A DNA stretch of 64,000 nucleotides. Origin: an uncultured Acidobacteriota bacterium (GTDB lineage: Bacteria > Acidobacteriota > Thermoanaerobaculia > Multivoradales > JAHEKO01). Below the pieces are notes generated by a model. That model had not been told where the DNA came from, ran no database searches, and was given only the letters and a program-made list of their open reading frames with translations. Where the stretch lies: contig CAVQNG010000003.1 in assembly GCA_963713825.1 (NCBI GenBank), forward strand, positions 736,001-800,000. The letters are read 5' to 3'. The translations under genes and the position numbers were made by a program. Below are positions 24,018 to 33,220 of this stretch, piece by piece. How positions within the stretch are numbered: the first letter of the stretch is position 1; each line of letters starts with the position of its first letter.

Positions 24018-25202
24018 GTGATCACCAACCCGACAGCGATCTTCGTCTATCTGACCTGCCTTCTGGGTGGCATCTTCTGGCTCAGCGGACTGCCCCGACT
24101 GAAGCGCCTCTTCAGTCTGACGCCGGCCGTCGTCTACGCCTACTTCCTGCCAGCGTTGAGCACGAGCTTCGGGGTCCTTCCTTCGAGCTCGACCACCTAC
24201 GACTGGATGGTGCGCTATCTGCTGCCGGTGAGCCTCATGCTCCTGATGACCACCGTCGACGTCAAGGCCATCCTGCGGCTCGGTGGCAAGGCGCTCATCA
24301 TGATGTTGGCGGGCTCGGTCGGGATCATTGTCGGTGGGCCGATTGCCTACGGCCTTCTGGGGCGCTCTCTACCACCCGATACCTGGATGGGGTTGGCGGC
24401 TCTGTCCGGAAGTTGGATCGGCGGCGCCCCCAACATGGTGGCCATCAAGGAAAGCGTCGGCACTCCCGATTCGGTCATGGCCCCGATCATCGTCGTCGAC
24501 ACCGTGGTGGCCTACAGCTGGATGGGCCTGCTGCTCTTCATGACCGCTTGGCAGCAGCGCTTCAACGACTGGGTCAAGGCGGACACCTCCGCGATCGACG
24601 CGTTGAACCAGAAATTGGCCATGACCGACCGTCAGCGACGACCTGCCGAGGTGCGACATCTGGCCATGATCCTGGCCCTTGGGTTCGGTGGAGCTGTCCT
24701 GGCGATCTGGGCTGGCGATCACCTGCCAGCGCTAGGCGACCCGACGATCATCAGCCATACGACCTGGTCAGTGGTCCTGGTGACCACCATGGGGCTCGCG
24801 CTGTCCTTCACCCCGGTCTCATCGGTCGAGACCTTCGGCGCCTCGCGGGTGGGCTACCTGGCGCTCTATCTGATGCTTACTGCCATCGGTGCCCAGGCCG
24901 ATCTCAAGAAGGTTCTGGAGGTGCCGCTGTACCTGGCGGTCGGTGTCTTGTGGATCTCCATCCACATTGCGGTTCTGATTTTGGTGGCCAAGCTCATTCG
25001 GGCGCCGCTGTTCTTCGTGGCCACCGGCAGCATGGCCAACATCGGTGGCCCGGTCTCGGCCCCGGTGGTGGCCTCGGTCTTTCACCCGGCGCTGGCTCCC
25101 GTGGGGGTTCTCATGGGCGTCACAGGGTACATAATAGGCATCTACGGCAGCCTTCTGTGCGCCTGGCTGCTGTCGCTCGTAGCAACCGCTTTGGGCTTCT
25201 AA
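24018..25202 (+). CDS. DUF819-family multi-pass membrane protein (putative transporter)
   Basis: YLLP, GSWIGG.PNMVA, SMANIGGP.SAP motifs; about 11 TM helices. Confidence 0.85.
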   Translation: MITNPTAIFVYLTCLLGGIFWLSGLPRLKRLFSLTPAVVYAYFLPALSTSFGVLPSSSTTYDWMVRYLLPVSLMLLMTTVDVKAILRLGGKALIMMLAGSVGIIVGGPIAYGLLGRSLPPDTWMGLAALSGSWIGGAPNMVAIKESVGTPDSVMAPIIVVDTVVAYSWMGLLLFMTAWQQRFNDWVKADTSAIDALNQKLAMTDRQRRPAEVRHLAMILALGFGGAVLAIWAGDHLPALGDPTIISHTTWSVVLVTTMGLALSFTPVSSVETFGASRVGYLALYLMLTAIGAQADLKKVLEVPLYLAVGVLWISIHIAVLILVAKLIRAPLFFVATGSMANIGGPVSAPVVASVFHPALAPVGVLMGVTGYIIGIYGSLLCAWLLSLVATALGF

Positions 25203-25230
25203 TTCAGCTCTTCAAAAGAGGGTAAGGACA

Positions 25231-26232
25231 ATGACGATTCGCGTGATGCACGTGGGTTTGGGACCGATTGGAGTCGGAGTCTTGAAACAGGTCATGGAAA
25301 GGCCAGGATTCGAGGTCGCCACCGCGGTGGACATCGACCCAGAAAAGGCTGGCAAAGACGTCGGTGAGATTCTGGATCTCGAAGACAAGACCGGTGTCGT
25401 GGTGCAGAGCGACCTCAAAGGCGCTCTTGCAAGCCATGACGCAGATGTCGTGGCCCTTTGCACCGGTTCGACCCTGCCTGGAATCAGATCCCAGCTCGCA
25501 GCGATCCTGGCGGCAAGGCTGCCTGTCGTCTCGACGACCGAGGAGCTCTCCTTCCCGCAGTTTTCAAACGAGACACTCGCTGCGGAGATCGACGAGATGG
25601 CCCGGGAGGCAGGAGTGGCCGTTGTCGGTACCGGTGTCAATCCGGGCTTCGCCATGGACACCCTACCCGTCGTCCTGAGCGCCGCCTGCGAGCGTGTGGA
25701 CTCGGTGACCGTGGACCGGATCCAAGACGCCAGCAGTCGCCGGCTTCCCTTTCAGAGGAAGATCGGGGCCGGGCTCGAGCCGGACGACTTCCGCCAGAAG
25801 GCGGATCGCCTCGAGATCCGACACGTCGGGCTGACCGAGTCCATCGCCATGATCGCCGCCGCCTTCGGATGGGAGCTCGATCGAATCACCGACGTCATCG
25901 AGCCCAAGATCGCCGACGAGCCGGTGGCCAGCAACTTCCTCTCGGTCGAACGGGGACAGGTCGCCGGCCTGATTCAAGACGGAGTCGGGTTCCGGAATGG
26001 AGAGCCGATCATCCGGCTCCATATGGAGGCCTACCTGGGGGCTCCCGAATCCTACGATGCGGTGCGCATCGAGGGTTCGCCAGCGCTGTACTCGAAGATC
26101 GACGGAGGCATTCCAGGGGACATCGCCACGGCCTCGGTGACCGTCAACACCCTGCCCCGAGCCCTGGCGGCCCCACCAGGCCTCCACACCATGAGGGATC
26201 TTCCGATCCCCTCCTGGTGGTCAGGGGCCTAG
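25231..26232 (+). CDS. NAD(P)-dependent amine/diamino-acid dehydrogenase (2,4-diaminopentanoate dehydrogenase / DapB-like family)
   Basis: GLGPIG Rossmann, VVSTTEEL, GTGVNPGF.MD, GGIPGD.ATA. Confidence 0.8.
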   Translation: MTIRVMHVGLGPIGVGVLKQVMERPGFEVATAVDIDPEKAGKDVGEILDLEDKTGVVVQSDLKGALASHDADVVALCTGSTLPGIRSQLAAILAARLPVVSTTEELSFPQFSNETLAAEIDEMAREAGVAVVGTGVNPGFAMDTLPVVLSAACERVDSVTVDRIQDASSRRLPFQRKIGAGLEPDDFRQKADRLEIRHVGLTESIAMIAAAFGWELDRITDVIEPKIADEPVASNFLSVERGQVAGLIQDGVGFRNGEPIIRLHMEAYLGAPESYDAVRIEGSPALYSKIDGGIPGDIATASVTVNTLPRALAAPPGLHTMRDLPIPSWWSGA

Positions 26233-26251
26233 ACGGATGGTCTGGGCCCCT

Positions 26252-26588
26252 GGGGTGGAGGCGTCCGGTCGTACCTCCCGGCTGATCTCTGGGGGCTTGA
26301 GGTTGAGGAGCCCGTCGTTCCTCCGGTCAGCCTTTGAGGGCTTGGGACCTGAGGCCTGGACCACCCCACCCATCCCGGCCGGCAGGGGCGCCGGCCGCTT
26401 CAAGAACTCACGCTTCAGTCTTGCCCCCTTACATCCCTATGCCCTTGAGCCCTCTAGCGGTGCTGAGAGGTTCGTTCGAGTGGTTCGCAGGCGGAAGGGC
26501 CTCTACGAGACATCGGTCCCATACCCAGGACCCAGGTCCCAAGCCCTCAAAGATCGTCCGGCGGCGAGCCGGACGCCTCAACTCCAGG
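26252..26588. repeat. Composite palindromic intergenic repeat cluster 2
   Basis: Same modules as cluster 1 (g.ttgagg..ctttgagggcttggg, gaggttcgttcgagtggttcg, inverted ccaagccctcaaag..gcctcaac). Confidence 0.8.
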
Positions 26589-26610
26589 ACGGGTGGGCGG
26601 GGGGATGGGC

Positions 26611-27840
26611 TCAGCCGAAGAAGAAGTAAGTCACCAGAATGGCGGCGATGGCGCCGGCCAGGTCGGCGGCCAGGCCACAACCGACTGCGTGGCGGGTGTT
26701 GCGGATGCCCACCGAGCCGAAATAGACCGCCAGGACATAGAAGGTCGTCTCGGTGCTGCCCTGGACGACGCTCACCAATCGGCCGGCGAACGAGTCCGGG
26801 CCCATGGCCGTCATCGTCTCCAGCATCATGCCGCGCGCACCGCTACCCGACAGGGGTCGCATGAGGATGGTCGGCAAACCATCCACCCAGCGGGAGTCGA
26901 CACCGATCCCTTCGACTCCCCATCGGACGCCGGCAAGAAGCCAGTCGAGCGCCCCACTGGCCCGAAAGACCCCGATCGCCACGAGCATGGCCACCAGATA
27001 GGGGATGATGCCTACCGCCACTTTGAAGCCATCCTTGGCGCCCTCCACGAAGGTCTCGTAGAGCGGCACCCGGCGACGGGCCGCCAGGAAAAGAAATGTG
27101 ATGATGACCCCGAAGATCGCCAAGTTGGAAATCAGCGACGACTGGCGCTCCATGACCTCGCGTGGAAGGCGGGAAAAGTAGAAGACCAACGAGCCGACCG
27201 CTGCGGTCATCGCTCCCAGGTAGGCCATCACCACCGGATCCAACAGCCGCAGCTTCTGCACCGCAGCCGTGACCACCAGGCCAGCCATCGTCGAGCAGAA
27301 GGTCGCGATGATCAGGGGAATGAAGACATCCGTCGGGTCGGCCGCTCCGAGCTGTGCCCGGTAGACGAAGATCGTGATCGGGATCAAGGTCACTGCCGAG
27401 GTGTTGATCACCAGGAAGAGAATCTGGTCGTTGGTGGCGGTGTCCTTGTCGGGGTTGAGCTCCTGGAGCTCTCCCATGGCTTTGAGGCCCAAGGGAGTCG
27501 CCGCATTGTCCAGGCCCAACATATTGGCGGCCATGTTCATGACGATCGAGCCCATCGCCGGATGACCTTCGGGGATGTCCGGAAACAGCCGGCGCAGCAG
27601 CGGGCCGAAGGCCTTGGCCAGAAGGTCGACCGCCCCCCCCTTCTCCCCCAGCTTCATGATCCCCAGCCAGAGGCACATGACACCGGTCAGCCCCAGGGCG
27701 ATCTCGAAACCCGTCTTGGCCATGTCGAAAGCCGCGGTGACCATCGCCGCCCAGACTTCGTATTCACCCTGCAGTAACCAACGGCCCATGGCCACAAGGA
27801 AGGCCACGAAGAAGAAGCTGCCCCAGATCTTGTTGAGCAT
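26611..27840 (-). CDS. SpmA-SpmB fusion (nucleoside-recognition Gate domain membrane protein)
   Basis: N.AANMLGLDNAATPLGLKAM, RPLSGSGA, GSTETTFYVLAVYFGSVGI..TRH. Confidence 0.9.
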   Translation of the reverse strand: MLNKIWGSFFFVAFLVAMGRWLLQGEYEVWAAMVTAAFDMAKTGFEIALGLTGVMCLWLGIMKLGEKGGAVDLLAKAFGPLLRRLFPDIPEGHPAMGSIVMNMAANMLGLDNAATPLGLKAMGELQELNPDKDTATNDQILFLVINTSAVTLIPITIFVYRAQLGAADPTDVFIPLIIATFCSTMAGLVVTAAVQKLRLLDPVVMAYLGAMTAAVGSLVFYFSRLPREVMERQSSLISNLAIFGVIITFLFLAARRRVPLYETFVEGAKDGFKVAVGIIPYLVAMLVAIGVFRASGALDWLLAGVRWGVEGIGVDSRWVDGLPTILMRPLSGSGARGMMLETMTAMGPDSFAGRLVSVVQGSTETTFYVLAVYFGSVGIRNTRHAVGCGLAADLAGAIAAILVTYFFFG

Positions 27841-27858
27841 CGGTTCTCGCCTACCCGC

Positions 27859-29079
27859 TCATCGGCCGAGCACACTCAGTGCGTTGAGTACCTGCACTGC
27901 GGCGCCATAGGCCATGCATTCTTCGTCTACGTCGAAGCTTGCCTGGTGCACAGTCGCGACGATTCCTGCCGACTCGTTGCGCACGCCGAGGACGAAGAAG
28001 GCACCTGGCACGTGGCTCAAGTAGTAAGCGAAGTCCTCGACCCCCATGTTGGGTGTGGGAAAGACGAAGACGTTCTCCTCGCCGACCAGGTCGCGCGCAT
28101 TCTCACGGACCACGTCTACCATTCGATTGTCGTTGATCAGCGGGTCATAGCTCGGCTCGATGTCCACCTCGGCCCGTCCTCCCATAGCCGCAGCCACTCC
28201 TTCCGCCGTCTCGCGCACCCGCCGCACGACGAGCTCGCGGATCGCTGGATCCAGACATCGCACCGTGCCGACGAGTCCCACGCGGTCGGCCAGGATATTG
28301 CCCTGGCTGCCGCCCTGGATCTTGCCGAAGCTGACTACGGCGCTGTCCCGCGCATCCACATTGCGACTCACCACCGTCTGCAGAGCCGTGACGACCTGGG
28401 CCGCGACGACGATCGCATCGACTCCGCCTGCCGGGTAGGCACCATGGCCCGAACGGCCATGAACGATGATGTCCACGTTGTCGGAGGAGGCATTCCTCTG
28501 ACCGTAGTGCAGTCCGAACGTTCCCACCTCGTGACTGCCATCGACATGCAATCCGAAGATGGCATCCACCGCCGGACTCTCCAGCACCCCCTCTTCGATC
28601 AGCAGCTTGGCTCCACCCACCGTTTCCTCGGCCGGCTGGAAGATGAGCTTCGCTGTGCCGGGCAACGCGTCGGCCATCCCAGAGAGGAGGCGCGCCGCCC
28701 CGAGCAGAACCGCCATGTGAACGTCGTGACCACAGGCGTGCATCTTGCCCGGAACCTGCGACCGATAGGGCACATCCTTGGCGTCCTGCAGCGGCAGGGC
28801 GTCCATGTCCGCTCGCAACGCCACCACAGGACCTTCCGAGCTGCCGCGAATGGTCCCCAGCACCCCGGTGCCACCGAGGCCATCCACATGCTCGATGCCG
28901 AGCTCGTCGAGAAGGGCCTGTATGCGCCCCGCCGTGCGGTGCTCCTCGAGACCGAGCTCAGGGTGTCGATGGAAGTCGCGCCGGATCTCACTCATCCAGG
29001 GAAGGATTTCCCTCGCCGCAGACAACAGCTCCTGCGGCGAGGGAAATGCCTGCCTGGCTGGCCCTTGGGAGGCGGTCAT
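27859..29079 (-). CDS. M20 family amidohydrolase/peptidase
   Basis: RRDFHRHPEL, LRADMDALP, MHACGHD, FQPAEE, EDF. Confidence 0.92.
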   Translation of the reverse strand: MTASQGPARQAFPSPQELLSAAREILPWMSEIRRDFHRHPELGLEEHRTAGRIQALLDELGIEHVDGLGGTGVLGTIRGSSEGPVVALRADMDALPLQDAKDVPYRSQVPGKMHACGHDVHMAVLLGAARLLSGMADALPGTAKLIFQPAEETVGGAKLLIEEGVLESPAVDAIFGLHVDGSHEVGTFGLHYGQRNASSDNVDIIVHGRSGHGAYPAGGVDAIVVAAQVVTALQTVVSRNVDARDSAVVSFGKIQGGSQGNILADRVGLVGTVRCLDPAIRELVVRRVRETAEGVAAAMGGRAEVDIEPSYDPLINDNRMVDVVRENARDLVGEENVFVFPTPNMGVEDFAYYLSHVPGAFFVLGVRNESAGIVATVHQASFDVDEECMAYGAAVQVLNALSVLGR

Positions 29080-29213
29080 GGCCGGCAGCGTACCACGACA
29101 GATTTGCCGTCCGGGCACCCTTTCATGGTCCTGTTGCCTGTCCTTGGCAGGGCTGCGAGAATCAGCCCGTTCGACGAATCCGCTTATCGAAGTCCCACCC
29201 TTTGGGAGTGACA

Positions 29214-30308
29214 ATGCTCTTGGCGAAACGTGCTGTCTCTTGGATCGCAATTGTCTTGTTCGCCGGCACCATCTCTGGCTGCCGTTCGACTGGAACAGTC
29301 ACGGTCCCATCGACTTCTCCCCCGGGTGGGCTATCCATGATCTGGCCCGACAGCCTGCGGCCCGGCGACACCATCATGTTCGTGGCTCCAGCAGGAGATC
29401 TGGCAACAGATCTGAGAGAAGAGAGAATCCTACTGGCCAAGAGTCGGCTAGAAGCGCGCGGCTACAAGGTCGAGATGCGCAAGGACCTGTTCGATAAGGA
29501 GGGCTACCTAGCGGGCACCGACAAGCGACGCGCCAAGGAACTCATGCAAGCGTTCCTCGACCCCAACGTCAAGGCAATCTTCTCGGGACGGGGTGGTTAC
29601 GGCACCATGCGGATTCTCGACCGACTGGACTACAAGAAGATCCGAGCGAATCCCAAGATTCTCGTTGGGTTCTCCGACATCACGGGGCTACATCTGGCGC
29701 TCAACCGTCAGGCCGGCCTCGTCACGTTCCACTCGCCGACCTCCTTCTGGCGATTGGACAACGAAACCGAGGGCATGAGGCCCTTCACCCAGGAGTACCT
29801 GCTGCGCGCAGTGATCGACGACGGAGCTGCGACCAACGATGGCTACACGATCGAGATTCCCGAAGACGCCCCTCGACCGGTCGCCCTCGGTAGGGGTACG
29901 GCCCGAGGCAGACTGGCCGGCGGCAATCTGTCGATGATCTCGGCGCTCGAAGGCACGCCCTTCTCTGTCGACACACGCGACGCGATCCTGCTCCTCGAAG
30001 ACACTCGTGAAGCACCCTATCGGATCGACCGCATGCTGAAGCAGCTCGAGCTCGCCGGCAAGCTCGAGACCCTGCGGGGCGCCGTGCTCGGTCAATTCAC
30101 CCGCAACTACGACCGGGAAGAGGATCAGATGACCGAGGATCCCCGCTTTACGGTGGACGGGGTGCTGCGCCAGTACTTCGAGCCTCTCGGGATCCCTGTT
30201 CTGATGAATTACCCTGTCGGACACAGTCCCTACAACGCCACACTGCCACTCGGCGCCCAGGTCGAGATCGACGCCGACCAGGGCACGCTCCGCATCCTGC
30301 CGCACTAG
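29214..30308 (+). CDS. LD-carboxypeptidase (S66), lipoprotein
   Basis: Lipobox ISGC; RGGYG, GFSDIT (catalytic Ser), GGNL, LED, GH. Confidence 0.92.
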   Translation: MLLAKRAVSWIAIVLFAGTISGCRSTGTVTVPSTSPPGGLSMIWPDSLRPGDTIMFVAPAGDLATDLREERILLAKSRLEARGYKVEMRKDLFDKEGYLAGTDKRRAKELMQAFLDPNVKAIFSGRGGYGTMRILDRLDYKKIRANPKILVGFSDITGLHLALNRQAGLVTFHSPTSFWRLDNETEGMRPFTQEYLLRAVIDDGAATNDGYTIEIPEDAPRPVALGRGTARGRLAGGNLSMISALEGTPFSVDTRDAILLLEDTREAPYRIDRMLKQLELAGKLETLRGAVLGQFTRNYDREEDQMTEDPRFTVDGVLRQYFEPLGIPVLMNYPVGHSPYNATLPLGAQVEIDADQGTLRILPH

Positions 30309-30311
30309 CCA

Positions 30312-30618
30312 GGGTTGAGGCGGCCGTCGTTCCTCCCGGCCGATCTTTGAGGGCTTGGGGGTTGAATCGTCCGTCGCTTGCTCCGGCCGACCTTTGAGGC
30401 CGTGGGGGCCCCCCTCCCATTCCTCTAGACCCCTGGGCCCTTACGCCCCTACTGCCCTAAGCCCCTATTGCCTTCAACGGTGCCAGAGGTTCGTTCGGGT
30501 GGCTCGCCTGTGGGGTGCCGAGTCGAGCGCAGCGCAAGGGCCATCGCAGAGCACAACAGAGGAGGCGCGATGACGAGACAAGGTGGCGGCCCACCTCAAT
30601 GTAGGGGAGGGGCTTCCC
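30312..30618. repeat. Composite repeat cluster 3, left part (interrupted by IS481)
   Basis: Closely similar to the reverse complement of 50830-51105; ends in the GTAG-REP half tgtaggggaggggcttccc. Confidence 0.85.
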
Positions 30619-31916
30619 TGTACGTTCTCACGACATAGGTAACACTCGTGTATCAGGACATCGGTAACACCTGAGGCAAGCTAGTGCCTTTAGTAGAGGA
30701 GGTGCTGGATGCCTTGGAAGGAGACCGATGTGGCGGGAGAGCGGATCGAGTTTGTGGTGCGGGCGTTGGGTGAGTCGGGTAGTTTCAGTGCCTTGTGTCG
30801 GGAGTTTGGGGTCTCTCGCAAGACGGGCTACAAGTGGCTACGGCGCTTCGAGGAGGTGGGCAGCGTGTCACGACTGGCGGAGCGCTCGCGACGGCCGCAT
30901 CACAGCCCAGGCAAGACCCCTGAGGCCCTTGAGCTGCGGGTCGCGGCCTTGCGACAGCGCTATGGCTGGGGTAGCAAGAAGCTGCAGTGCTTGCTGGCCG
31001 AGGAAGGGCTCCATCTGCCGCGGATCACGATCGATCGGATCCTGAAGCGTCGGGGCCTGGTGAGCCGCGAGCGAGCGGCGAAGCCGGCCCTGCAGCGCTT
31101 CGAGCGCTCCCAGCCCAACGAGCTCTGGCAGATGGACTTCAAGGGTGAGTATCGCCGCGGCGGGCGCCCCTGGATCTATCCCCTGAGTCTCCTGGACGAT
31201 CACAGCCGCTACTGTCTAGGGCTGTATGCCCTGAGACATCCCGATCACGACAGCGTGAAAGGCCAATTGGTACGGACCTTTGAGCGCTATGGGGTACCTG
31301 AAGCCATACTGGTCGATCACGGCACACCCTGGTGGTCTCCGGCCAATGGTCATGGCTTGACTCGCCTGAGCGTCTTTCTGGTCCGACAGGACATCCGTCT
31401 GATCTACAGCGGAATCGGTCATCCACAGACCCAGGGCAAGGTAGAGCGGTTTCATCGCACCCTGGGCGAGAGTGTGGGACGAGAGGACAAGCTCTCGAGT
31501 GTCGCGTCCTATCAGAGCCGATTTGACCGCTTTCGCCAGGAGTACAACGAGATCCGGCCCCACGAGGCGCTCGGCATGGAGCGCCCCGCAAAGCGCTACC
31601 GGCCCAGCCGTCAGCCGTACCGGCCCGAGCCATCTGAGTGGGTGTACCCACCAGGTGGTGAGGTGCGGCGGCTGAGTGCGGCCGGAGTCTTGAGCTGGGT
31701 CGGGAGACCCTACTTTGTCTGTGAGGCGCTAGCCCGGTAACCTGTCTGGTGCCGGTGCTACGGGAAACGTCTACTGGTCACCTACCGGAATCTGCAGATC
31801 CGGGATATTGACCTCGACTCAGGTCGGACCACCGCGGTGGTCCGACCTGTGGGAGACTGAAGAAGTGTTACCCATGTGGTGATACACAACCGTTACCTAT
31901 GTCCTGACACAGAACA
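30619..31916 (+). mobile_element. IS481-family insertion sequence (1298 bp)
   Basis: TGT...ACA ends; imperfect 52-bp terminal IRs, each with two ACATnGGTAAC boxes; no target duplication visible. Confidence 0.92.
30709..31860 (+). pseudogene. IS481 transposase with premature stop
   Basis: MPWKE, HTH (LCREFGVSRKTGYKW), WQMDFKG, DDHSR, DHG, QTQGKVERFHRT. TAA at 31738-31740; the same frame continues 39 codons to TGA 31858-31860, just before the right IR. Confidence 0.85.
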
Positions 31917-31980
31917 CGCAAGGGGCTCCCCTACAAAGCCGACGCCGTCCCCCTGCGGACCACCCGGACGGGCCTCAACG
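31917..31980. repeat. Composite repeat cluster 3, right part
   Basis: cgcaaggggctcccctaca REP half, then agccgacgccgtcccc..cggaccaccc matching the reverse complement of 50775-50814. Confidence 0.75.
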
Positions 31981-31989
31981 AGATCGCGG

Positions 31990-33213
31990 CTATTTGCCGG
32001 GCTGCGCCCAGAGCTTGCGGGCGACAGCTTCGCCAAGGTCGGCGAAGAAGGGCAGGGCGATCTCTTCGTATTCGTACTCGTCGTCGTTGAGGATGCCGTC
32101 GGCGTTGGTGTAGATCGTCGCGGCCAGAAAGAAACCCTGGCCGGTCTCGGTATCCACTACCCATGCGTTCTCGGTGCTGAACCCGTAGGCCTGCCCGGTT
32201 TTGTTGTAGATCTGCAAACGCTCTTTGGGGATCACTCTCTCGAGCCCAGGCAGCAGGTCCTTGACATAGGTGTCCGGGTACTCCTCGGGGTCGTAGACCG
32301 GATTCGTCGATTCGCGTGGGTACTGCGACATGGCCTCCAGCATCACCTGCCGGTCTGTCTCGTCGAGCTCGAAGCCAGGGCCCCCACAATCGACGTCGGG
32401 ACGTACCAGCATACATAGACCTCGCTGCAGATCGACCAGAGGGAAATGATTCTTGGGAGTGAAGTCCATCGGCTGGTCGATCCGCTCGTCGCCGGAAAAG
32501 TACCCCTCGCCGACCAGAATCCGCTGCGCCGGCACCGCTGGTGCCAAGGGCTCAGCCGTGCGCTCGGGAAGCGTGTAGGAGAAGTCCTCTCCGAGAAAAT
32601 CGATCCTGGGTGACTGGAGGTTTTCCTCGGCTGTGCGGAATTCCGACAGGCGGTGGACGATGCGCGGCGACTCCAGGCCGGCCCGCCGCATCGCTTCGGT
32701 CAAACCGTCCTGCCCCACGAGCTCGTAGAGATAGTTGAACGCCTGGTTGTCGGAGACGAGAAAGATCTTGCGAATCTGTTGCCGCACCGTAATCGCGCCG
32801 CCCGCGACATTCTCCTCGTCCAGCGACTCCATCTCGCCGTCTTCGAATTGCGGGTGGTATACGAGTGGCGTGTCCAGGTCGATGGGCAACTCGGTCGTTT
32901 CCCGCAGCTCAGCCAATTTCTGGGCCGCCGCTACTGCGGCAAACAGCTTCACCGTGCTGGCTGGATAGAAATACTCGGCTCCAGCCCGGAACTCCTGCTG
33001 ACGCAAGATGGGCGTGCCCTCGGGCCCCTCCTCCACCAGGCCCAAGACGACCTGCAGGCGATAGTCGGCAGCATGATCCACAACTTCGGCTGGGTCCTCA
33101 TGGGAAGCGAGTATCGTTGCAAGCGGTTCTTCTTGGTCCATCCCACAACCTCCCAGGACACCACCGAGTCCAACGACTAGAAGAAGCGAGACAACAAGCC
33201 GGCTTTGCATCAC
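31990..33213 (-). CDS. Class A beta-lactamase-like serine hydrolase, lipoprotein
   Basis: Lipobox LGGC; STVK, SDN, KTG motifs. Confidence 0.85.
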   Translation of the reverse strand: MMQSRLVVSLLLVVGLGGVLGGCGMDQEEPLATILASHEDPAEVVDHAADYRLQVVLGLVEEGPEGTPILRQQEFRAGAEYFYPASTVKLFAAVAAAQKLAELRETTELPIDLDTPLVYHPQFEDGEMESLDEENVAGGAITVRQQIRKIFLVSDNQAFNYLYELVGQDGLTEAMRRAGLESPRIVHRLSEFRTAEENLQSPRIDFLGEDFSYTLPERTAEPLAPAVPAQRILVGEGYFSGDERIDQPMDFTPKNHFPLVDLQRGLCMLVRPDVDCGGPGFELDETDRQVMLEAMSQYPRESTNPVYDPEEYPDTYVKDLLPGLERVIPKERLQIYNKTGQAYGFSTENAWVVDTETGQGFFLAATIYTNADGILNDDEYEYEEIALPFFADLGEAVARKLWAQPGK

Positions 33214-33220
33214 TTCTCTC

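Noticed and set aside
23924-25225. 433-aa alternative-frame ORF
   Set aside because: Arg/Gly/Pro-rich off-frame shadow of the DUF819 gene.
30355-30573. Similar short peptides encoded at 30355-30573 and 50817-51026 (duplicated small gene?)
   Set aside because: The similarity comes from the DNA repeat; starts and ends are not conserved and there is no RBS.
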